DNA of 64,000 bases from Candidatus Multivorans sp. (GTDB lineage Bacteria; Acidobacteriota; Thermoanaerobaculia; Multivoradales; Multivoraceae), in contig OZ245033.1 of the NCBI GenBank assembly GCA_965224025.1, forward strand, positions 4,416,001-4,480,000, read 5' to 3'. The notes beneath the pieces are model-generated. The model had not been told where the DNA came from, ran no database searches, and saw nothing but the letters and a program-made list of their open reading frames with translations. Below, in pieces: positions 13,501-21,779 of the stretch. A program made the position numbers and the translations under genes. Positions within the stretch are counted from its first letter, which is position 1, and each line of letters opens with the position of its first letter.

Positions 13501-13856
13501 AGCTGGTAGCGCGACCAGTAGCGGTCGACCTGCTCCCGTACCTCCGTCCCCTCCAGACTCGCTTGAGACGACTTCACTTCCACGACCCCGCGCTCGGGCA
13601 CTTGACCCACGCGCGGCCTGCCCCGCTGAACCTGTCTCGCAGCGTAGAGCCCGATATCGGGATGTCTCGAACCTTGGTCCGCGAGCTCGACGATGCAGAA
13701 CACCTTCGGCTTGAGTGCTCCGCCAACCGCGTTCAACAGGTTCGCGAGCGGGGGATAGCTGGATCGCTCGTCCGTCGCGCCGCCGGACGCGCGAATACGC
13801 CGGAGATCAGCGAGATACGCCTCGACCGCCGCCGTCAGTCTCTTGGCCGGGATCAC
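10519..13856 (-). pseudogene. Single-chain restriction-modification enzyme (N6-adenine MTase with type ISP-like C-terminal specificity domain), frameshifted near 12632
   Basis: PD...EVK nuclease-like N-terminus, YFYEPFL..FDPALRKQLGVWYTP, VLDPCCG (motif I), GNPPY (motif IV), YRPFD, YRLGGYQVLKKWLSYRE. The two ORFs join if one A is added at GAA-AT-CTC. Confidence 0.85.
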
Positions 13857-14111
13857 GCCGCAACCCTACTTGTCTACGCCAACCGGGATCAACTATCCGC
13901 GATTCTCCGGCCACCAACGTAGCAGAGACCGTGCATGTCATTTCAAGCCTAGCGGCCGGAGCGGCCACCTTCCGCCGCAGGTCTCAACACCTTGTTATTC
14001 GCAAGACTTTCAGATAGAGTATTCCCTTCGAAGCAGCGGGCAGCACGCGGCCATACGCCCCTCCATGCCCCCTCTCCAGAGACCCGGGATACAGACCACG
14101 AACGATCAAGA

Positions 14112-15599
14112 ATGATTGACAATAAAACCAACATGGACACCAAGGAACGATTGGGCGAAGAGATCGCGACGCTTGCCGCGCGCATCGACGCGGCGACCTA
14201 CGAACTGCTCGTGCTGATTCGCAAGTTCGACGAACGGGAAGGCTGGAACAACGGCTTCCTGACTTGCGCCCACTGGCTCACGTGGCGCATCGGTCTTGTA
14301 CCCGGCACGGCGCGGGAGCGGGTGCGAGTCGCTCGCGCCCTGGGCGAGCTGCCACTGCTGAGCGAGGCGATGAAGCATGGCCAACTCTCCTACTCGAAGG
14401 TCAGGGCGCTGACCCGGATCGCCAGGCCAGACACGGAGCAGTCACTGGTGGACCTGGGCAGGACCGCAACCGCCGCGCAAATCGAACGCGTGGTCAGGGC
14501 ATGGCGCAGAGCCGACCGCGCCATCGAGGCTCACGACGACGAGCTGCGCGATGCCGCCAGTCACGTGACTACACACATCGACGAGAACGGCATGTTCGTG
14601 ATTCGTGGACGCCTGGCGCCGGAGGTCGGCGAAGTGTTGATGAAGGCGCTCGACGCGGCGAGCGAGAAGCTGTATGACGCAAGCAGCGACCAGACGGACA
14701 AAGTGGATCGTCCCTCTGTCGGCAAGCTGCGCGCCGATGCTCTTGGGCTGGTGGCCGAGAGCGCTCTCGCGGGCGGGCTCGATCGCGGCTCAGCCGGCGA
14801 CCGTTACCAGGTCGTCGTCCATGTGAACGAGGCTGAACTCGAAGGCGGGGAGGAGGTGCCGGCGGCAAGCAACCCCAGGCCTCGCGTTTCCGCCGAAACG
14901 CCCGGCACCGGTGTCTCGGCGAGGTCGGCTCCCGGAGAAAGGGCCCTTGAGGGCGTTTCCGCGGAAACGCCCTCAAGGAACGGCGCGTGGCTCGGCGACT
15001 CTCACGTTCCTGTTTCCGCGGAAACAGCGCGGCGGATCGCCTGTAACGCCGGCAAGGTCCGAATGACTCACCGGAACGGCGAGATCCTGAGCGTCGGTCG
15101 CAAGACGCGCACCATTCCACCGCCGGTTCGGCGTGCTCTGAAGTTCCGGGACCGCGGATGCCGCTTCCCCGGCTGCACGTCGCGGCACTGCGACGCTCAT
15201 CACATCCGCCACTGGGCCGATGGAAGCGAAACGAAGCTCTCGAACCTGGTGCTTCTCTGCCGCCGACACCATCGGCTCTTGCACGAAGGCGGCTTTGAGG
15301 TGCGAATGGGCGCCGACGGCGCCGTGCAGTTCTTCCATCCTCGCGGACGACCGCTCCACGAGAGCCCCGCACCTCCACCGGTCGGCCCCTATCCTTGCGA
15401 CGACCTCCTCCGAGACCTCGAAGATGCCGGCATCCTCGTCACCGGCAACGAGTCGATGCCGGCCTGGGACGGCACGCCGATGGACCTGCGGTACGTGATG
15501 GAGTGCCTGTGGAAGCCGCCACCCCATCTGCAAGCGCTGGTCGATCGGGAGAGATACGCCACGACGGTCCGAGGGCGGCCAGAGCCGCAGACTGCTTAG
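14112..15599 (+). CDS. DUF222 (13E12-repeat family) protein with C-terminal HNH endonuclease
   Basis: CAHWLTWR, ARERVRVARAL, LSYSKVRALTR, GRKTRTIPP..RRAL..RDRGCRFPGC, AHHIRHWADG..T.LSNLVLLCRRHH. Confidence 0.9.
   Translation: MIDNKTNMDTKERLGEEIATLAARIDAATYELLVLIRKFDEREGWNNGFLTCAHWLTWRIGLVPGTARERVRVARALGELPLLSEAMKHGQLSYSKVRALTRIARPDTEQSLVDLGRTATAAQIERVVRAWRRADRAIEAHDDELRDAASHVTTHIDENGMFVIRGRLAPEVGEVLMKALDAASEKLYDASSDQTDKVDRPSVGKLRADALGLVAESALAGGLDRGSAGDRYQVVVHVNEAELEGGEEVPAASNPRPRVSAETPGTGVSARSAPGERALEGVSAETPSRNGAWLGDSHVPVSAETARRIACNAGKVRMTHRNGEILSVGRKTRTIPPPVRRALKFRDRGCRFPGCTSRHCDAHHIRHWADGSETKLSNLVLLCRRHHRLLHEGGFEVRMGADGAVQFFHPRGRPLHESPAPPPVGPYPCDDLLRDLEDAGILVTGNESMPAWDGTPMDLRYVMECLWKPPPHLQALVDRERYATTVRGRPEPQTA
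14945..14978. repeat. 34-bp perfect palindrome inside the DUF222 gene; related palindromes at 14884-14901 and 15010-15027
   Basis: CCTTGAGGGCGTTTCCG|CGGAAACGCCCTCAAGG is its own reverse complement. Confidence 0.9.
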
Positions 15600-15749
15600 G
15601 CGCAGCCGAGGGGCGACGACTCCGCCCGGCTTCCTCCGTTGGGGCAACCGTCGAAGTACGTCGACCAGAGGATGTTCCGACACCCACCCGCCAGGCTGCC
15701 CAACAGGACCTCTTGACGGCACTGGTTGAGGGTACTACCCTCCGGCACC

Positions 15750-16046
15750 ATGAGCGAACGACACACTGTCGGCGGTTCGCCCATCAGATTCTCCGAGGAC
15801 GTGGTGCCTCTCGGCGACGTCAAGGTGAATCCGGGCGCCGTGGTGCGCCACGCCACTGACTCGGGGCGTCCGGTGCTTCTGACATCGCGCGGCCGCGGAG
15901 TCGCCGTCGTTCAGTCCCTGGCTCAGTACGAAGAAGCACAGGACGAGCGATCGTTCCTTCGCGCCGTGGTCCAAGGACTAGCGAAGGCCGAGGACGGTTC
16001 GGAACTCACGCTGGCCGAGGTCAAGGCCCGATTCCGCCCGAAGTAG
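15750..16046 (+). CDS. Phd/YefM family antitoxin (no adjacent toxin)
   Basis: EDVVPLGDVK...RPVLLTSRGRGVAVVQSL..YE motif. Confidence 0.8.
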   Translation: MSERHTVGGSPIRFSEDVVPLGDVKVNPGAVVRHATDSGRPVLLTSRGRGVAVVQSLAQYEEAQDERSFLRAVVQGLAKAEDGSELTLAEVKARFRPK

Positions 16047-16092
16047 CGACCGGTACCGCAGGAAGGCTGCAAGGCGCCGAAGCCTCGATCAG

Positions 16093-16488
16093 CTACGAGT
16101 CGGGTTCATCGAGAATCCTCTCGACGACCTGCAGCGCGATGTCGTCCTTCTGCGGCGACGGGAAGTTGATGATGATCGCCTCAGCGAACTGGGTGGTTCG
16201 AAGATACGCCCTGGTTTGCGACACGTGACCCTTGGTGATGGAACCACCAGCCTTCAGCTCGACAGCGATCTGACCGGCGATCACGAAATCGAGGCGTTGC
16301 ATTCCAACGCACTCGCCCAGATACATGACTTCGACGTTGTTCTCGATCGTGTAGGGAGTTCCGTTCGCTCGGAACTCGATCGCCATCGCCTTCTCGTAGA
16401 CCGACTCCGCATAACCCTCGCCGAGGGCGGCGTAGACCGCCCGCGCGGCCGCGATCACATCTTCCTGGTACTCCTCGACCGTCTTCAT
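16093..16488 (-). CDS. GxxExxY protein (PD-(D/E)XK superfamily)
   Basis: LGEGYAESVYEKAM, RLDFVI...VELKA, Q..AYL, IINF. Confidence 0.88.
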   Translation of the reverse strand: MKTVEEYQEDVIAAARAVYAALGEGYAESVYEKAMAIEFRANGTPYTIENNVEVMYLGECVGMQRLDFVIAGQIAVELKAGGSITKGHVSQTRAYLRTTQFAEAIIINFPSPQKDDIALQVVERILDEPDS

Positions 16489-16501
16489 CGAATCCTCCTG
16501 G

Positions 16502-16822
16502 CTACGGGATGGCCAATTCTCGGTACTCGCCTGGCCGAATCATGTTGACGGCGGCATGAACATCGCCGACCCGGGCGCGAATTCGTGGCCAAGAGGTCGA
16601 AAGGAGCACGAGTACGCCCAGTCTCCGTTCGTGGAGATTCTGTTGGTGTCGAAGCTGCTGGTCCGTCGTGACCAGCAAGTCGTAGCCCGCCTTCTCAGCG
16701 CGATCCAGGAGTTCGCCGTTGTGAAGGTCGGACCAGCCTAGCTGGAAGGCGGTGTCCACAGCGTGCCCGGACAGGTGTCGCCGAAGCGGCGCAGGGGTTC
16801 CCTGGTCGAACAGGATCTTCAC
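16502..16822 (-). CDS. DUF5615 / PIN-like toxin
   Basis: MKILFDQGTP..LRRHL, GW..L.NGELL..AE..GYD.L.T.D. Overlaps the DUF433 gene. Confidence 0.82.
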   Translation of the reverse strand: MKILFDQGTPAPLRRHLSGHAVDTAFQLGWSDLHNGELLDRAEKAGYDLLVTTDQQLRHQQNLHERRLGVLVLLSTSWPRIRARVGDVHAAVNMIRPGEYRELAIP

Positions 16823-17082
16823 GCGGGCGGGGAGGTGGCGACATCCTCCGAGGACTTGCCTGGGCTGGCCTCCGCCAGCGATCTGACCTCGAAGTCAAGG
16901 ACGGCCTCAACGCTTACCGCTCCCACTCCTGGAAACCAGTCCAGGAACTGCTCCACGGACGCTCCATCCCTGATGTTCTCGAACAGCGTGGCTACGGGAA
17001 CACGCGTGCCCCGAAAAACCCAAGCGCCGCTTAGCTTCTCCGGGTGCCGCTCTACCTCAGAGCACTTCTGCCAGTCCGTCAT
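16819..17082 (-). CDS. DUF433 family antitoxin
   Basis: VERHPEKLSGAWVFRGTRVPV..LFEN...GAS...FL.WFP. Confidence 0.88.
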   Translation of the reverse strand: MTDWQKCSEVERHPEKLSGAWVFRGTRVPVATLFENIRDGASVEQFLDWFPGVGAVSVEAVLDFEVRSLAEASPGKSSEDVATSPPA

Positions 17083-17145
17083 TCGGTTCCCCGCCACTTG
17101 GCTCGATCGTCGCTGACAGGACGATACCAGTCCAGCGGCAACCGA

Positions 17146-18561
17146 TCAGCCGAAGATCAGGCCCCAGATCGTGTACAGGGTGAAGGACACATAGACGGTC
17201 GACGCGATCACCATCATCACGATGTTGAGCGCCTTCGGACGGGCGGACTTCGGCAGCTTCGTCAGGTTCACGTAGAGGGTCAGCGGCACGTAGATCGCCA
17301 TCGCGAAGCCGCCCAGGAGGGCGGAGTTGAAGATGAAGCCGAGCGCCGACACGCCGCTGAGTTCAAAGAAGGCGGTCGAGGCGGTACCGGCGACCATGAA
17401 CATGATCGCGAAGGTCAGGTACCACTGGCTCTGGGTGCGCTTCCTGCCGAACTTGAACATGGAGCCCAGCAGATAGGACCAGGTGCGGGCGCCGCCATCG
17501 ACGGCGCCTAGTTGGGAACTGAACAGGGCCGCCATGCCGATGAGCAGGAACACGTAGCGGCCGGGGGCGCCGAGGCTCGATTCCAGGATGATCGACATGT
17601 CCCAGACGATCTGACCTTCGGCCGGAACGATTCCGGCCGGACGGAGAACGGCCAGCGCACCGAACATGAAGAGAAACATCGTGAAGGTGTTGCCGAGCCA
17701 GAAGAAGATGACCTGGTCCTGGATCACGTAGCGCATCCACCGCTTGAACCGGCTCGCGTTCTCCGGGCTCTCGATGTACCGGTAGCCGGTCTGCACCTCC
17801 GCCGTCTTGTGTTGACGCAGCGGGTTGGCCAGCACCGGGATGCGCTTCCCCATGCCGATGTTCTTGTCCCGCAGGTAGAAGGCGTACCAGAGGTTGCCGG
17901 CGCCGCCGATGCCGGCGAAGACGACCGCGCCGAAGAAGCGCGCGAACGTGAACTCGTCGTCCAGCTCGATGTGGCCGAAGTTGACGAGACCCCGCCCCAT
18001 CTCCTTGACCGCGTCCCAGGTGCCGACCGAGAAGGCGACGTAGATCAGGCCGATCGTGATCACCAGCACCATGATCCCGATCGCCCGCTCGACCGCCTTG
18101 TACATCTGCTTGGGCCCGAACAGGATGAGCGCGATGAAGGCGAACGTGACGGCGGTCCAGAACCACTCGGGGCCTGGACCGTCCGGGCCGAAGATCAGCG
18201 CCTTGAGCGCCGCGCCCGACATCCTCGCCCACCCCGGAAGGAACAGGCCGACGAAGCCCAGAGTGAGGAAGGCGTAGATGACGGTCATCGACATCCGGGC
18301 GTACGACGTGTACGGGTGCTCGCCCGTGACCACCGCCCAGCGACCGATCTCGATATTGATCCAGAGCTGAAGGAAGACGCCCAGCGCCGCCGCCCACAAC
18401 ATGACCGTGCCGAACTTCGCGGTCACCCACGGCCACACCGCGAGTTCGCCGGCGCCGATGGCGAGGCCGACCATGATCGCGCCCGGACCCGCGAGCTGCC
18501 AGAAGGACAGCTTGCGTTCCGGGAGGTTCTCCTCGCGCAGCGGCGGGATGGGTACCGGCAT
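17146..18561 (-). CDS. Nramp-like (APC superfamily) membrane transporter
   Basis: GPGAIMVGLAIGAGEL..WP, EIGRW...TGE, about 11 hydrophobic segments. GGAGG ribosome-binding site before ATG 18561. Confidence 0.75.
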   Translation of the reverse strand: MPVPIPPLREENLPERKLSFWQLAGPGAIMVGLAIGAGELAVWPWVTAKFGTVMLWAAALGVFLQLWINIEIGRWAVVTGEHPYTSYARMSMTVIYAFLTLGFVGLFLPGWARMSGAALKALIFGPDGPGPEWFWTAVTFAFIALILFGPKQMYKAVERAIGIMVLVITIGLIYVAFSVGTWDAVKEMGRGLVNFGHIELDDEFTFARFFGAVVFAGIGGAGNLWYAFYLRDKNIGMGKRIPVLANPLRQHKTAEVQTGYRYIESPENASRFKRWMRYVIQDQVIFFWLGNTFTMFLFMFGALAVLRPAGIVPAEGQIVWDMSIILESSLGAPGRYVFLLIGMAALFSSQLGAVDGGARTWSYLLGSMFKFGRKRTQSQWYLTFAIMFMVAGTASTAFFELSGVSALGFIFNSALLGGFAMAIYVPLTLYVNLTKLPKSARPKALNIVMMVIASTVYVSFTLYTIWGLIFG

Positions 18562-18758
18562 GTGGCGTCCTCCAGCCGGCACGGGCCGAGCCGCCCACCC
18601 AGCTCTCACGGTTCTACGGAATGACGGAGTCCGGGGCACTGTAGCAGCGGCCGTCAGGCACCCGGCTGGAGCTCCCGCCGCAACGCCCCGGTCCGCGAAG
18701 CGCTACCATCGCACGCTCAAACATCCGCCAGCCCGACCGTCCTCGAGAGGAGAGACCG

Positions 18759-20072
18759 ATGAGACGACGTCCCCATTCGCCTTGCCGCCTGGCCGCGGCC
18801 CTGCTGCTCACCCTTGCCCTCGCCGCGGCCCCGGCGCTGGCAGCCGCCGACGCGACTCTCACGGTCACGAAGCCCGAACAGGTCGGTTTTTCGTCCGAAC
18901 GTCTCGCACGCATCGACGCCGCGATGAACGGGTACATCGAGGCGGGAAAGATCGCCGGCGCCACCGGCCTCATCGCCCGCCGCGGCGAGATCGCGTACTT
19001 CAACACCTACGGCTACCGGGACCTCGAGTCGAAGGAGCCGATGCCGGAGGACGCCCTCTTCCGCATCTACTCGATGTCCAAGGCGGTCACCGGCGTCGCC
19101 GTGATGATCCTGCACGAGAAGTACGGCTTCCCGCTCCGCACTCCCGCGTCGCGATGGGTTCCCGCCCTCGGCGACCAGAAGATAGCCGTCTGGAGCGTCG
19201 ATCCCGGAACCGGCGATCCGAGCCTGGAGCTCGTGCCTTCGAACCGCGACATGACGGTCCAGGATCTGCTGACCCACACCGCGGGAATCAGCTATGGCGG
19301 GCCGCGCAACGCGCAAGGCGGTAGGTACTACGCCGAACTCGGGGTCGGCAACCGGGACCAGACCCTGGAGGAGTTCACGAACAAGATCGGTCAGGCGCCG
19401 CTCCACAACCACCCCGGCACGGTGTGGCGCTACGGCTACGGCATGGACGTGCTCGGCCGCCTGGTCGAAGTGATCTCAGGCAAGACCTTCGACGTGTTCC
19501 TGGAAGAGGAGATCTTCGCGCCGCTGGGCATGAAGGACACCGCGTTCTACGTGCGCCCGGGCACCGAGGACCGGCTGGCCGTGCTCTACACGCCGGACCG
19601 CGAAGCGGGCGACGGAACGATCACCCGCTCGAACGCACCGCCGCAGGACTCCTACCTGACCAAGCCGAAGATCTTCTACGGCGGCGCCGGCCTGGTCTCG
19701 ACGACCACGGACTACTTCCGGATGATCCAGATGCTGCTCGACGGCGGCCGCTACGAGGGCGGCCAGATGCTCAGCCCGAAGTCCGTCAAGCTCCTGTCTT
19801 CCGACCACATCGGCGACATGCCGCGCGTCGGCCAGTTGATGGGACCGGGCGACGGCTTCGGCCTCACCTTCCGGGTCAATGAGAACCCGGGAATCAATGG
19901 CGCATTGGGTTCCCCCGGCGAATACAGTTGGGGCGGCGCCGCGGGCACCCGGTTCTGGATCGACCCCGAAGAGGAGATGGTCGGCGTGTTCATGATCCAG
20001 ATCCTCCCCCACGCCGGCCTGACGTACGGCACGGAGTTCCGCAACCTGGCCTACCAGGCGATCGTAGACTGA
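18759..20072 (+). CDS. Serine hydrolase, beta-lactamase family, exported
   Basis: Signal peptide, FRIYSMSK (SxxK), LLTHTAG, PG..WRYG, WGGAAGT.FWIDP. Confidence 0.92.
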   Translation: MRRRPHSPCRLAAALLLTLALAAAPALAAADATLTVTKPEQVGFSSERLARIDAAMNGYIEAGKIAGATGLIARRGEIAYFNTYGYRDLESKEPMPEDALFRIYSMSKAVTGVAVMILHEKYGFPLRTPASRWVPALGDQKIAVWSVDPGTGDPSLELVPSNRDMTVQDLLTHTAGISYGGPRNAQGGRYYAELGVGNRDQTLEEFTNKIGQAPLHNHPGTVWRYGYGMDVLGRLVEVISGKTFDVFLEEEIFAPLGMKDTAFYVRPGTEDRLAVLYTPDREAGDGTITRSNAPPQDSYLTKPKIFYGGAGLVSTTTDYFRMIQMLLDGGRYEGGQMLSPKSVKLLSSDHIGDMPRVGQLMGPGDGFGLTFRVNENPGINGALGSPGEYSWGGAAGTRFWIDPEEEMVGVFMIQILPHAGLTYGTEFRNLAYQAIVD

Positions 20073-20092
20073 TCTGTTTGGAGAAAAGAGAA

Positions 20093-21133
20093 ATGACCGA
20101 CCGCAGCCTGGAAGTCCGTCTCGCCTCGCGTCCCGCGGGCGAGCCGGAAGCCGCGAACTTCGACCTCGTCGAAACCGACATGCCAAGCGCCGGCGAGGGG
20201 CAGGCGCTGGTGCGCAACGTCTACATGTCGGTCGATCCCTACATGCGGGGCCGCATGCGGGACATCCAGTCCTACACGCCGCCCTTCCAGATCGGCAAGG
20301 CGCTCGACGGCGGCGCGGTCGGCGTCGTCGAGGAGTCGAACTCGGACGCCCTGGCCCCAGGAGACCTGGTGTCGAGCCGCTTCGGCTGGCGCAGCCATTT
20401 CGCCGCTCCCGCCGTGGAACTCCAGAAGATCGACACCCACGGCGCGCCGCTATCCGCCTTCCTCGGCGTACTCGGCATGCCGGGCATGACCGCGTACGTC
20501 GGCCTGCTCGACATCGGCGAACCGAAGGAAGGCGAGACGGTCTTCGTCTCCGCCGCGGCGGGTGCCGTCGGCAGCCTCGTCGGTCAGATCGCGAAGATCA
20601 AGGGCTGCCGGGCCGTCGGCAGCGCCGGGTCGGCGGACAAGGTCGCCCACTTGGTCTCCGACCTCGGCTACGACGCCGCCTTCGACTACCACGGCGACCT
20701 GAACCGCAACCTCGCCGACACCTGCCCGGACGGCATCGACGTCTACTTCGAGAACGTCGGCGGCCCCACGCTCGAGGCGGTCTTCCTGCACATGAACATG
20801 TTCGGCCGCATCCCGGTCTGCGGCATGATCGCGCACTACAACGACAAGGAACCACGCCCCGGTCCGAAGACCCTCGTCTCGATCATCCCCAAGCGTCTCA
20901 AGATGCAGGGCTTCATCGTCTCCGACCACCTGGACCGCCGCGCCGACTTCGTCCGCGACACGGCACGCTGGATCGCCGAAGGCAAGGTGACCTACCGCGA
21001 GACGATCGCCTCCGGCCTCGAAAACGCCCCGGAGGCGTTCATGGGCCTTTTCCGCGGCGCCAACACAGGCAAGATGGTCGTCCAGATCAGCGACGACCCC
21101 ACAACTATACCGCGTGGTCTCCATTCGACATAG
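20093..21133 (+). CDS. NADP-dependent oxidoreductase (prostaglandin reductase/CurA-like MDR)
   Basis: LASRP.G, SVDPYMRGRM, LGMPGMTAY.GL, VSAAAGAVGS, DVYFENVGG, GANTGK. Confidence 0.92.
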   Translation: MTDRSLEVRLASRPAGEPEAANFDLVETDMPSAGEGQALVRNVYMSVDPYMRGRMRDIQSYTPPFQIGKALDGGAVGVVEESNSDALAPGDLVSSRFGWRSHFAAPAVELQKIDTHGAPLSAFLGVLGMPGMTAYVGLLDIGEPKEGETVFVSAAAGAVGSLVGQIAKIKGCRAVGSAGSADKVAHLVSDLGYDAAFDYHGDLNRNLADTCPDGIDVYFENVGGPTLEAVFLHMNMFGRIPVCGMIAHYNDKEPRPGPKTLVSIIPKRLKMQGFIVSDHLDRRADFVRDTARWIAEGKVTYRETIASGLENAPEAFMGLFRGANTGKMVVQISDDPTTIPRGLHST

Positions 21134-21164
21134 AGCGCACTCGGGAGTCGGACTCGGGGCAGTA

Positions 21165-21520
21165 GAAGGTCGCTTCTCACCTGCGCCAGCGAGCCCTTGG
21201 CATTCTCGTACGTCCAGGCTTTGTTGCCCCTCCCGGCCCTTACCACGAGCTTGAACGCCAAGTCAGTGACCGGCGCCACGTAGACCCAGCGATACCCGTT
21301 CACCGCGCAGCCGTCCAGCACCTTGACCAGAACCTCGGCATTGTCGCGGTCGAAGAAGTAGAGCAAGCCCGACTGCCTGTTGGCCAGACCGTAGCTGCGA
21401 GCATCCCTGGTCACCGTCCGGCCCTCGCCATCTTCGTACTCGAAGCACATCTCCCCGCTGTAGCCGCCATGCAGGCTAAGCAAAGTGCGCGTCGAATCAC
21501 AATCCGATCCCATCTTCGTG
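21165..21520 (-). pseudogene. Fragment of an acidobacterial surface-protein repeat domain
   Basis: SGLLYFFDRDNAEVLVKVLDGCAVNGYRWVYVAPVTDLAF. No own signal peptide or plausible start. Boundaries approximate. Confidence 0.55.
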
Positions 21521-21527
21521 AACCGGG

Positions 21528-21779
21528 CGTGCGCTACGACCGCCTGACCCCGAAGGAAAAGCTCTACCTGCGCGCTATGGCTGAGATTGGCCCCGGGCCT
21601 CACCGATCAGGAAGGTCGCCGAGGTGCTCGACAGGCCGGCGCAATCCGTAGCGCCCATACGGTCCAACCTGATCGGAAAGGGCATGATCTACAGCCCCGC
21701 TCACGGCGACACGGCTTTCACCGTGCCCATGTTCGACGAGTACTTCCGGAGAGTGATAGCTGAAAGCTCACTTCCATAG
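21528..21779 (+). pseudogene. C-terminal winged-helix fragment of an AAA-type ATP-binding protein, frameshifted
   Basis: VRYDRLTPKEKLYLRAMAEIGPGPHRSG, then in another frame VAEVLDR...SVAPIRSNLIGKGMIYSPAHGDTAFTVPMFDEYFRR. Confidence 0.65.

Noticed and set aside
15011-15026. Canonical parS site
   Set aside because: The centre is CGCG rather than ACGT and it lies in a mobile-type gene; kept only as a resemblance.
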